From: Candidatus Microgenomatus sp.
GTDB lineage: Bacteria > Patescibacteriota > Microgenomatia > UBA8517
DNA length: 53,850 nt
Reading direction: 5' to 3'
NCBI GenBank assembly: GCA_020724555.1
Contig: DYGT01000001.1
Location: 1-53,850 of the forward strand
Position 1 is the first letter of the stretch; each line of letters starts with the position of its first letter. Below, in pieces: positions 17,705-26,235 of this stretch. A model generated the notes under the pieces. It was given only the letters and a program-made list of their open reading frames with translations. It made no database searches and was not told the DNA's origin. The translations under genes and the position numbers were made by a program.

Positions 17705-18543
17705 ATAGTTACTGCTGCCGTTTACCGGAGCTTCGATTCAAAGCTATCCCCGCCGAAGCGGGGGTCACCCATCCTCTTAACTTACCGGCACTGGGCAGGC
17801 GTCAGCCCGTATACTTCGTCTTACGACTTTGCACGGACCTGTGTTTTTGATAAACAGTCGGATGACAATCGTTAGCTGCGCCCCGTGAGATAGCGCTTGC
17901 GCGGCATCTCATGGGGAGGACATCTTGCGAACTTACGTCCAGCTTGTTTGCCGAGTTCCTTAACCCTCCTTCTCTCGCTCGCCTTAGTCTTCTCAACCAG
18001 CCCACCTGTGTCGGTTTGCGGTACGGCTTATATTAAATCTTGCTGCGAGCCTTTTCTCGCGGACTGAATGGGTTGCCGTTGCCCTGATCTCTCAAGGCTC
18101 CGCACACTGCTCAATTGAACATTTCGGCGGATTTTCCAACCAAAACTATTTTGCAGCATGCACTCCACTTCACGAAGGAGCGACAATCATCCTGTCCTGT
18201 CAACCCCCAGCTCCATCCCGCAAAGCGGGACAAGCGATCTAATACAAGTACTGGAATTTTAACCAGTTATCCATCGACTACGCCATATGGCCTCGCCTTA
18301 GGAGCCGACTTACTCCTGGCAGACGAACTTCACCAGGAAAACCTTGGGCATTCGGCGGTCCGGATTCTCACCGGACTTGTACGCTACTCATACCGGCATT
18401 CTCACTCCCGCCCGGTCCACCACACTTTACAGTGTGACTTCACTCCTGGCGGGACGCTCCCCTACCCCCCGCCATCGGCGGGGCTCTAGCTTCGGCATTT
18501 AACTTGATCCTCGATACATCTTCGGCGCCCTACTCCTTGACCA

Positions 18544-18605
<62 letters not shown>

Positions 18606-19208
18606 GAGTCGAACTTCCTTTCAAACTTAGTTAAAATTTAGAGGCCTTAGCTGAAAGTCTGGGTTGTTTCCCTTTTGTCCCGGAAGCTTAGCCCTCCGGG
18701 GCTGTCTATTCTGCGTGCCGTAGCAGTATTCGGAGTTTGATTGAGATACCTCGCTTACGCTCAGCACCCCATCCAGTAGCTCTACCCCTGCTACGTTTTT
18801 GCTAGAACACGGTCCCTATAGACCTTTCGGGGAGAACCAGCTATCTCCAGGTTCGATTGGCATATTACTCCTAACCACAAGTCGTCCGAGCAAATTGCAA
18901 CTTACAACGGTTCGGGCCTTCCCCCGATTGTCGTCGGGGTTCACCCTGCTCATGGTTAGATCACCTGGTTTCGGGTCTGTAACATAGTACCTTAAGCGCC
19001 CTTTTAAGACTCGGTTTCCCTCTGCCTCCCCCCGTGAGATAGGTCCAAGCCGAAGTGGCTATGGACACATCTCACGGGGTTAAGCAAGCACTATGAAACA
19101 ACTCGCCGGTTCATTCTTCAATAGGCACGAGATCATCCCGCTAAGCGGGACTCTCTCGGTTTGTTCGCAAACAGTTTCAGGTACTATTTCAACGGGCTTA
19201 CAGCCCTG

Positions 19209-19247
<39 letters not shown>

Positions 19248-19746
19248 TACCAACTATATTTAGCCTTGGAGGATGGTTCCCCCAGATTCCCACGGTGTAT
19301 GTGCACCGTAGTACTCAGGAAATCCCTAGAGCCCCGTGAGATTTTGCGTACGAGATTTTCACTCTCTATGATTGGCTATTCCAAGCCATTCCGCTATCTT
19401 ACGGGGTCCCACATTGGGCTCCTACAACCCTCCGATAGCCCCAAAAGGGATCATCGGAGTTTGGGCTTTTGCCATTTCGCTCGCCGCTACTGAGGCAATC
19501 TCGCTTGATTTATCTTCCTCACCCTACTTAGATGTTTCAGTTCGGGTGGTACCCTTCCACTTGCTTAATATTCTGCCAAAGGCAAAAACTTGGGCAAGGG
19601 ATGATCCCGAGTAACCGGGACCGGGTTGTCCCATTCGGAGACCGCCGGGTCACAGGATCAAGACTCCTTTCCGGCGACTATCGCGGTCTTGTGCGTCCTT
19701 CATCGGTAGTTGATACCAGGGCATCCACTGTCTGCGTTTTGTAAAA

Positions 19747-19767
19747 ACTTGCGACCTTTCTCTTCAG
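19747..19767 (-). promoter_or_regulatory. 5' strand of the 23S processing stem
   Basis: CTGAAGAGAAAGGTCGCAAGT pairs with 15216-15195. Confidence 0.6.
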
Positions 19768-19906
19768 ATGTAAAAGAACAACGTCTTTCAAATAAACTAG
19801 TAACCAGCGACTCGCGTCTGATCCACATTTCAGCGCCAGTCGCCGTTTACCAGTTTACTTAAATTATTAATGATCCGATTCCGCAAAGCGGAAAATTCAA
19901 GTCCTG

Positions 19907-19980
19907 TGGACCTGACCGGGCTCGAACCGGTGACCTCTACATTGCAAATGTAGCGCTCTAGCCAACTGAGCTACAGGCCC
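19907..19980 (-). tRNA. tRNA-Ala (UGC)
   Basis: GGGCCTGTAGCTCAGTTGGCTAGAGCGCTACATTTGCAATGTAGAGGTCACCGGTTCGAGCCCGGTCAGGTCCA folds as a cloverleaf with anticodon loop TTTGCAA and the G3:U70 identity pair. No CCA is encoded. Confidence 0.9.
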
Positions 19981-20002
19981 CGTTCAGTCAGGTTCAAAGT
20001 AC

Positions 20003-20025
20003 AAAAAACCGACTCTTTGAGTCGG
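20003..20025 (-). terminator. Intrinsic-terminator-like hairpin between the rRNA promoter and tRNA-Ala
   Basis: Minus strand reads CCGACTC-AAA-GAGTCGG followed by TTTTTTG. It lies 23 nt upstream of tRNA-Ala. Confidence 0.45.
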
Positions 20026-20157
20026 TAGACCAACTTGAAGCTATTTATTCCGCTATAAACGCCCCAAAAGGGCATATTTATTGGTTATGTTTATTCGAAT
20101 GCTTCTCATTAAGTTTCCGAACTCAAAAGTTTCCTGGTAATTCCAGGAGGTAAGTGC

Positions 20158-20186
20158 ATTATACACAGGCAGACTACCCTCGTCAA
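20158..20186 (-). promoter_or_regulatory. Near-consensus sigma70 promoter facing tRNA-Ala-23S-5S
   Basis: Minus strand reads TTGACG (20186-20181), then a 17-nt spacer, then TATAAT (20163-20158). Confidence 0.55.
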
Positions 20187-20332
20187 CTCTAATCTAAATT
20201 AAGTACTATAGGTTGACTTTTAACTTAAAAAGCTAAAATGCGGGCATATTCACAAACTCGTGAATCCCCCTTTTTGCATTTGCAGGAGGGGTGTACGTTC
20301 AAAACAAAATAAGCAAAAAAGGAGTTGTACCG

Positions 20333-21571
20333 ATGAAACGTGGACTGGTAAGTGTAATTCTAGCGATCGCAATTCTGGTCGCTTGGGGCAACCTTTCAGT
20401 TGCCAAAGCACAAGGTAACGAACAACTTGCCACCGAACTCGGTCTTGTAAATGGCGCAGGGCAGATTGTCAATCAGTCTGGTGCCGTCTACTTCGACCCC
20501 CGTGGCAAAACGTTTAGTGTTACCGTTCCCGAAGGCTGCACAGCCTTATGGATCATCGGGTATGATACCGATAAATACGGTGACGACAGATCCCAAGGTT
20601 GGCGCGTAAACTGGGACGGTGGCTCGCTGGTTCTCCATTCAAAAAACAATGAATGGGTCGGGACCTCCGTGAACATAATGGGGCCGAACGAAATTTTGTT
20701 CGATAGCGGCGGCGATTCCCATGGAGCCAACGTTTCCCTGAATTGTTCACCACAGGATCCCTCAAATCCTACGCCGCAACCCACCCCGACTGATGAGCCA
20801 GAGGAACCTATCGTTCCTTCGGAACCAGAGGTCGAACTTCCGGTGAACACCATGTTCTGCCGGATGCCGAATACATTCGGTCTTGAACTGGGAAAATATT
20901 CCATGTTCAATCGTCCTATCGTCGAGGTCAAAGCCGAAGGTGTTGAAGTGACCATCGTCACCAATCAATCTTGGGAAACCGGCCCGTACCGAATCTATGG
21001 CGAAAACGGCCTTGTTGCCGAATTTACCATGGAGGTGGGTCGAGACGCCACGGGCAGCATCACTGGAATCAGCTGCGAACCAGCTTCCAAGCCGGAAGCA
21101 ACTGTTTTTCCCAGCACGTCGTGCTCAGAGGGATGCCCTCCAGCCATGGACGAGCGACCGAACGAGTACGGTCGCTACTGGCATTTTGATGGACTTGAAT
21201 ACATTGAGTCCTTCAAAGAGTTTGCTGTAGTAACCGTAGATGGGTACTATGTGCGCGCCGAAAAGCGTGAAACTCCGTTTGGACCCGTCTGGTATGTGGG
21301 TTCATTGAAACCGGGATTTATGGTCCAAGGCATGCGCCTGTCGGACCTTGCGCACTACCCTGGCCCGTGCAGCGTAAGCGTGGAGCTTACGCAGGTCGCG
21401 GTATATGGCGACCAGTGGCTGATCGAAGTCCTTCCTGGCCAATGGCCCAGCGTTTGGACCGAGTTCGGTCGCAGGGTGGGCTTTACTGAGGAGCTGAGTC
21501 TTCTCATGCTGCCTCAAATGGCACGCCAAGGAAGCATGATCGCTTTCTACCCGGAAAGTTTCAAAAATTAA
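20333..21571 (+). CDS. Secreted hypothetical protein (GC-rich island 2)
   Basis: The ATG at 20333 lies 8 nt after GGAG; the supplied GTG 20291 start is less likely. Signal peptide MKRGLVSVILAIAILVAWGNLSVAKAQG, with a Pro/Thr/Glu linker PSNPTPQPTPTDEPEEP. About 55% GC by hand counts. No family recognised. Confidence 0.6.
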   Translation: MKRGLVSVILAIAILVAWGNLSVAKAQGNEQLATELGLVNGAGQIVNQSGAVYFDPRGKTFSVTVPEGCTALWIIGYDTDKYGDDRSQGWRVNWDGGSLVLHSKNNEWVGTSVNIMGPNEILFDSGGDSHGANVSLNCSPQDPSNPTPQPTPTDEPEEPIVPSEPEVELPVNTMFCRMPNTFGLELGKYSMFNRPIVEVKAEGVEVTIVTNQSWETGPYRIYGENGLVAEFTMEVGRDATGSITGISCEPASKPEATVFPSTSCSEGCPPAMDERPNEYGRYWHFDGLEYIESFKEFAVVTVDGYYVRAEKRETPFGPVWYVGSLKPGFMVQGMRLSDLAHYPGPCSVSVELTQVAVYGDQWLIEVLPGQWPSVWTEFGRRVGFTEELSLLMLPQMARQGSMIAFYPESFKN

Positions 21572-21594
21572 CTTTTGCTTACTTATATGAACGG

Positions 21595-21661
21595 CCGCCT
21601 GGGGTTGAGAGTTGTCTTAAATACTTAGTATTTAACTCTCTTCTCTCAGGCGGATTTTTTT
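21595..21661 (+). terminator. Rho-independent terminator
   Basis: Long hairpin with outer stem CCGCCTG...CAGGCGG and inner stem GAGAGTT.../AACTCTC, followed by A and then T7. Confidence 0.7.
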
Positions 21662-21785
21662 AATTTATATTTGACCTGACACAACTACTCAAATATCTGG
21701 GCCGTGGGGTATATTATAATTTTTTTATTATTTATCCTCTTCAAAAGCGTTTTTTATGCTTAAAAAATTAACATACTTAAAATAA

Positions 21786-21814
21786 TTGTCATACAAGACT
21801 TATTAAGTTAAAAT
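21786..21814 (+). promoter_or_regulatory. Promoter for the tRNA-Ile / GIY-YIG array
   Basis: Reads TTGTCA, then a 17-nt spacer, then TAAAAT. It ends ~22 nt before the first tRNA-like sequence. Confidence 0.5.
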
Positions 21815-21836
21815 AATTGCGCACACACGCACACAG

Positions 21837-21891
21837 GGGTGTGTAGCTTAAGTTGGTTAGACCTGCCTGCCGGCAGGCAGGGCGCTGATAA
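21837..21891 (+). pseudogene. Crippled 5' portion of tRNA-Ile carrying a 20-nt palindrome
   Basis: GGGTGTGTAGCTTAAGTTGGTTAGA equals nt 1-24 of the intact copy apart from one substitution and one extra A. It is followed by CCTGCCTGCCGGCAGGCAGG, then GCGCTG--ATAA, which continues into the anticodon loop with 5 nt missing. Confidence 0.6.
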
Positions 21892-21895
21892 ATAT

Positions 21896-22117
21896 ATGAA
21901 TTATTTTGTTTATATCCTATATAACAAAATTGACAAAAAGTTTTACACTGGTACAACCAACGATTTATTACGCAGATTGATAGAACATAATAAAATTAGC
22001 GGTAGCACTAACACAACAAAATATAGATCGTCATTCATCTTAGTGCACGCTGAAGAATGTAGTAACCGTAACTTTGCTAGAACAAAGAGGAAAATTTTGG
22101 AAAAGCGGATATGGTAG
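21896..22117 (+). pseudogene. GIY-YIG nuclease-family ORF, copy 1 (degenerate, frame-disrupted C-terminus)
   Basis: Sequence MNYFVYILYNKIDKKFYTGTTNDLLRRLIEHNK... The in-frame stop is at 22115-22117. The +1 frame from ~22098 continues KSGYGRELRNKFVKNTGV, which is homologous to the C-terminus of copy 2, and stops at the TAG inside the intact tRNA-Ile (22156-22158). The conserved PW is replaced by SSF. Confidence 0.55.
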
Positions 22118-22147
22118 AGAGCTGCGAAACAAATTTGTTAAAAATAC

Positions 22148-22224
22148 GGGTGTGTAGCTCAGTTGGTTAGAGCGCTGTCCTGATAAGACAGAGGTCCTTG
22201 GTTCGAATCCAAGCACACCCACCA
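22148..22224 (+). tRNA. tRNA-Ile (GAU), intact, with encoded CCA
   Basis: GGGTGTGTAGCTCAGTTGGTTAGAGCGCTGTCCTGATAAGACAGAGGTCCTTGGTTCGAATCCAAGCACACCCACCA forms a canonical cloverleaf with anticodon loop CTGATAA. Confidence 0.9.
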
Positions 22225-22229
22225 ACTCC

Positions 22230-22478
22230 ATGCCTTGGTATACATATATACTCAGAAGTATTAAATCCGGTAAACATTATATAGGCTCAACTAATAACAT
22301 AGAACGTAGGCTACAAGAACACAATAGCGGAAAGACCAAATCAACACGAAATAAAGGACCTTGGGAAATCATTTATACTACAGAGAAATACAAAACCAAA
22401 ATTGATGCAAGAAAACGAGAACTTAAAATAAAATCCTATAAAGGAGGCAAAGCTTTTAAAAAATTAGTTCAGGGTTAG
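22230..22478 (+). CDS. GIY-YIG nuclease-family protein, copy 2 (catalytic domain only, 82 aa)
   Basis: MPWYTYILRSIKSGKHYIGSTNNIERRLQEHNSGKTKSTRNKGPWEIIY...ARKRELKIKS shows the GIY..YIG..R..EHN..E pattern. The ATG lies 5 nt after the tRNA CCA. The TAG stop lies in a tRNA D-arm-like GGTTAGAGCG. Confidence 0.85.
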   Translation: MPWYTYILRSIKSGKHYIGSTNNIERRLQEHNSGKTKSTRNKGPWEIIYTTEKYKTKIDARKRELKIKSYKGGKAFKKLVQG

Positions 22479-22551
22479 AGCGCCCCGCCGATGGCGGGGA
22501 GGTCCTTGGTTCGACAAAGCACCTGCTTTGCTCATTTTCCAAGCACACCCA
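22465..22551 (+). pseudogene. Crippled tRNA-Ile-like 3' portion (D arm to acceptor 3' strand)
   Basis: Reads TAGTTCAGGGTTAGAGCG, then CCCCGCC-GAT-GGCGGGG, then AGGTCCTTGGTTCGA, then a 24-nt insert CAAAGCACCTGCTTTGCTCATTTT, then CCAAGCACACCCA. The 5' acceptor strand is missing, the anticodon stem is closed onto GAT, and the T loop is interrupted. Confidence 0.55.
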
Positions 22552-22615
22552 CAAATTAGAACGGTCCGATTAAACCGGAATAGTACGAAGCAAAATACGA
22601 TAGTATAATAGTGTT

Positions 22616-24760
22616 ATGCAAAACGACCACCTTACGACACTATATTTAAAAGTTCCGAGAAACTCCGAAACCACACCAGAATCTGCTCAAACATTTCTGG
22701 CAACGCTAACTCAGATCAATTCTGTAACCAATTGGCAGAGGATCAGGGGTATGCGGCCCGAAGCATTATCCTTAGAAATAGTCTTAATCAACCAGCAAAT
22801 CCATTTTGCCATCACCTGCAGCAGAAGCTTAGCTCCTTTTGTCGAAACACAACTTCGCTCCAACTACCCCCTTGTAATTATTGAGTACGGAGCTGACCCT
22901 ATTGGCGACCGCGAATTGGAAGTCACCACTTTGACAACCAGAAAAGGTAATTACTATCCACTTGCTACTTATTCAAGCTTCCAAGATATAGATCCCCTTT
23001 CTTCGGTTCTGTCTGTTCTATCTAAAGGAGACCCGGATGAATTTGCTATTATCCAATTTGCCTTGGAAAGCACAAGTACCGGCTGGCAAAGCGCAGGTAA
23101 CAAATTTGCCGACACCGGAGGGGGTAAAACTGAAGAAGGAACTTATCTCAAACATCCGGATGAATCCATCATAAAAGAAAAAGTTTCGTACCCAGGTTTT
23201 AAATGTTCTATTAGGCTTGGTGCAAACTCAAAAAAAACCCTAACAGAAATCAAAAGTGCCATGGGAGTTTACACCAGAAGCGATGGTAATTCCCTTTCCA
23301 CCAAAAGTTCTTCTTTTTTTAAACGAGGAAGCTCCAAAGAGTATTTAAAAAAAAGAATGGTGACTGGACGCGATATCTTAAATATCGTGGAGCTGGCTAC
23401 CCTTTGGCATTTGCCAAACGAAAAAATTAAAACTGCAAGTATTGTGTGGGGCACATCTGTTCTTTCAGAGCCCCCTTCTAATCTTCCAATCTCTTTAGAC
23501 TTAAAAGAAGAAGATAAAAAAACGATCAATTTTTTTGCTAAAACTCCTTTTAAAAACCATGAATCTATTTTTGGCATCAAAGATCACGACCGTCGCCGCC
23601 ATATGTGGGTTGTAGGAAAAACCGGAACAGGAAAATCTACTATGATCGCCAATATGGTAATTGACGATCTTAAAAAAAATCGCGGTGTAAGTGTCATAGA
23701 CCCTCATGGAGATCTTTGTGAAACAGTCTTGGATTATATCCCCTCTCATAGAATTAATGACGTAGTGTACTTTAATCCTGCAGATCGTGACTTTCCCATT
23801 ATTATCAATCCTCTGGAAGTCACAAACCGTGAGGAAGCAGAACTTGTGGTTAGCGGCATTATGGCGGTATTCACCAAGGTGTGGGCCAATGTATGGAGCG
23901 CACGCATGGAATACATTCTTCGCAACTCTCTTTTGACATTGGCTCAAATTGACGGCACTACGTTGGCTGATGTTTTAAGGCTTTTAGCAGACAAAGGTTA
24001 CCGTAACAACGTCCTGCAAAAAATTGACGATAGAAACCTAATTGATTTTTGGAAGACGGAATACGACCAAATGCCGGATCGCCTGCAAAAAGAAGCCATT
24101 GCCCCTATCCAAAACAAAGTCGGACAATTTGTTACAAGCCCCATGATCCGCCGTATCATTGGCCATCCCAAAAGCACTATCCAAATAGACGACGTGATGA
24201 ATGAAGGAAAAATAATGCTTTGTAATTTATCTCAAGGAAGGCTAGGTGAGGACAATTCCGCCCTTCTTGGGGCCGTGTTGATCACCAAATTTCAACTCGC
24301 AGCCATGCACAGAGTGGAAACACAGGAAGACACACGCGTAGATCACTATCTATATGTCGACGAGTTTCAAAATTTTGCCACTCCTTCATTCATAAAAATT
24401 TTATCAGAAGCCAGAAAATACAGACTAAGCCTGATGCTTGCCAACCAGTATATGGCACAAATTCCCGAAGAAGTACAAAAAGCAATCCTGGGTAATGCCG
24501 GCACCCTCATTAGCTTTGCTATCGGGGCTGAAGACGCGGCCATTATCCACAAAGAATTTGCCGAGGTGTTTAGTGAAAACGATTTAGTTAACCTCAGTAA
24601 TTTCCAGATTGCCATAAAGCTTATGATTGACGGTCATGCTGCGAGGCCGTTTTTGGCAAACACCTTGCCGCTTCCGGCTTCACGAAACCAAAACCGAGAA
24701 AAAGTGTTAAAGGTCTCACGCGAGCGCTGGAGCTTAAAAAATAACTCAAATTCCGGGTAG
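22616..24760 (+). CDS. HerA/VirD4-like P-loop NTPase (DUF87-type ATPase core with a TraD/TraG-type C-terminal region) and an unknown ~330-aa N-terminal domain
   Basis: Walker A WVVGKTGTGKST followed by VIDPHGDL; Walker B LYVDEFQNF followed by ARKYRLSLMLANQYMAQI. No TM helices are evident. Confidence 0.7.
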   Translation: MQNDHLTTLYLKVPRNSETTPESAQTFLATLTQINSVTNWQRIRGMRPEALSLEIVLINQQIHFAITCSRSLAPFVETQLRSNYPLVIIEYGADPIGDRELEVTTLTTRKGNYYPLATYSSFQDIDPLSSVLSVLSKGDPDEFAIIQFALESTSTGWQSAGNKFADTGGGKTEEGTYLKHPDESIIKEKVSYPGFKCSIRLGANSKKTLTEIKSAMGVYTRSDGNSLSTKSSSFFKRGSSKEYLKKRMVTGRDILNIVELATLWHLPNEKIKTASIVWGTSVLSEPPSNLPISLDLKEEDKKTINFFAKTPFKNHESIFGIKDHDRRRHMWVVGKTGTGKSTMIANMVIDDLKKNRGVSVIDPHGDLCETVLDYIPSHRINDVVYFNPADRDFPIIINPLEVTNREEAELVVSGIMAVFTKVWANVWSARMEYILRNSLLTLAQIDGTTLADVLRLLADKGYRNNVLQKIDDRNLIDFWKTEYDQMPDRLQKEAIAPIQNKVGQFVTSPMIRRIIGHPKSTIQIDDVMNEGKIMLCNLSQGRLGEDNSALLGAVLITKFQLAAMHRVETQEDTRVDHYLYVDEFQNFATPSFIKILSEARKYRLSLMLANQYMAQIPEEVQKAILGNAGTLISFAIGAEDAAIIHKEFAEVFSENDLVNLSNFQIAIKLMIDGHAARPFLANTLPLPASRNQNREKVLKVSRERWSLKNNSNSG

Positions 24761-25933
24761 TATATCAATTGTGCCAAGCATTGCCTCAAAAATTATTTCA
24801 TTTTCGTCTGACATATTATCAGTAAAAGCAATTTGCATTAATTTACCGTTATACCAAACAGCTACAAAACTATACCATTCTCCATTGAGCTGACCTTTAA
24901 CTACGTGGGCAATTTCACTATCCACGCTCCGCAGGTCTATTTTTGGCTGAATTTTCCAACCGGGTAAGTTTTTAATAGAATTAATTAACTCCGCAGGCGT
25001 CATGTCCCCCTGGTCTCCCACTTCAAAAGTGATATGGGGCACATCTGATTCACCTTTATGAATAAGTAGTTGGCCATCCTGCTCCAAAGCCTGCCAATCG
25101 GAAGGGATTTTTATATCAAACCCCATGCCGGATTCATAATCACGCCAGTCATCTGTTAAATCTTCATCAAAAGAAAGGCTTCCGTAAACACCTTCAAAAA
25201 TTTCATCATAAGAAGCGTCCAAAAGGCTGATTAAATAAAACCTATCTGGACCTTCAAAGCTTAGCTTTTTAATGAATTTGGTTTGGCCTACTTGAGTTAT
25301 TTTTTGTAAAATTGCATCGTAACCTGAAACTGTTATTAATTCCTCTTCAACATCATCTCTAGCGTCTCCTTTCTGGTAGAGATTATTCCCAGACACCTCA
25401 AGTGCAATTACCGCTCCCTTGGGATCTTTGCATAAAGACTGGACGTCGCTTTCTATAGACAGCGCCGGAAATAAATACAAATCAAGCTCGCATTCCACCA
25501 ATGCCATATTTTCAGGATATGCAAATGAATAAGAAAGGTCAGAATTAAAATAAATTTTATTTTTAACAACTACTTTAGGGGTGGGTGCGGGGGTCGCAGG
25601 TATGAGGGTAGGCATAACAATATTTGTAGGAGCCTTAGGAAGACTGGACTTTAGGTACTCGTTTGTAAAATAACCTGCCAAAAAAATCGTAGCCAAAACA
25701 AATAGCGCCGGGATGATAAACATAAATTTACTCATGTGATTCCGTTTTGCTGGCCTGTTATTTTGCAAAACCATTGTTTGAGGTGGAATATTAACACCGG
25801 CAGGCGGTGTTGGTGCGGGAGGAAAATTCGCAGGCTCCACAGGCGGACTTACCGGTTGAGGCGGATTTTCAGGCTGAATTTCAATTGTTTTAAAACTGGG
25901 GCGGCGAGCAGGATCCATAACTTTTATTATCAT
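24746..25933 (-). CDS. Single-pass membrane protein with a Pro-rich cytoplasmic N-terminus and a large external domain (hypothetical)
   Basis: The start is taken at ATG 25933 (MIIKVMDPARRP...), because the supplied start at 26008 overlaps the 16S terminator. TM segment FMFIIPALFVLATIFLAGYF. No family recognised. Confidence 0.5.
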   Translation of the reverse strand: MIIKVMDPARRPSFKTIEIQPENPPQPVSPPVEPANFPPAPTPPAGVNIPPQTMVLQNNRPAKRNHMSKFMFIIPALFVLATIFLAGYFTNEYLKSSLPKAPTNIVMPTLIPATPAPTPKVVVKNKIYFNSDLSYSFAYPENMALVECELDLYLFPALSIESDVQSLCKDPKGAVIALEVSGNNLYQKGDARDDVEEELITVSGYDAILQKITQVGQTKFIKKLSFEGPDRFYLISLLDASYDEIFEGVYGSLSFDEDLTDDWRDYESGMGFDIKIPSDWQALEQDGQLLIHKGESDVPHITFEVGDQGDMTPAELINSIKNLPGWKIQPKIDLRSVDSEIAHVVKGQLNGEWYSFVAVWYNGKLMQIAFTDNMSDENEIIFEAMLGTIDILPGI

Positions 25934-26004
25934 AACAAATGAAACATTGTTTTGCTTTTGTGAAAAGATATATACCAACAATATATATTCATAAATTTTT
26001 GCCC

Positions 26005-26031
26005 ACAAAAAAATCCCGCTTGCGACGGGAT
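26005..26031 (-). terminator. Rho-independent terminator downstream of the 16S rRNA
   Basis: Minus strand reads ATCCCG-TCGCAAG-CGGGAT followed by TTTTTTTG. Confidence 0.6.
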
Positions 26032-26069
26032 AATTTTGTTGCTTTTTGAGGAAATTTAACTTTAACCTC

Positions 26070-26089
26070 CAATATGCGCCTGTAAAACG
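26070..26089 (-). promoter_or_regulatory. 3' strand of the 16S processing stem
   Basis: CGTTTTACAGGCGCATATTG (minus strand) pairs with the leader CAATATGCGTCTGTAAAGCG (28968-28949). It is 20 bp with two G:U or mismatch positions. Confidence 0.6.
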
Positions 26090-26235
26090 AATTTGGTTTT
26101 ATCGCAAACCCGTGCGGATCTGGTTTAGTTCGCCCTCAAAAGGGCCAGTCAATCCATGATCTAAAAACTGGGGTGTCATTATTCACTCCTTAGAAAGGAG
26201 GTGATCCATCCGCTCCTTCCAGAACGGATACCTTG

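Noticed and set aside
20488-21529. Antisense and alternative-frame ORFs within GC island 2 (20488-20964, 20553-20765, 20762-20968, 20971-21189, 20997-21230, 21302-21529).
   Set aside because: This is the same GC-driven artefact. The 20333-21571 frame is the only one with an SD, a signal peptide and a terminator.
21839-21895. N-terminal extension (MCSLSWLDLPAGRQGADKY) of the supplied ORF 21839-22117.
   Set aside because: It starts at a GTG inside the tRNA-Ile-like fragment and reads through the 20-nt palindrome. The GIY-YIG domain begins at the ATG at 21896.
22040-22231. 63-aa minus-strand ORF.
   Set aside because: It is antisense to the intact tRNA-Ile and to the end of GIY-YIG copy 1.
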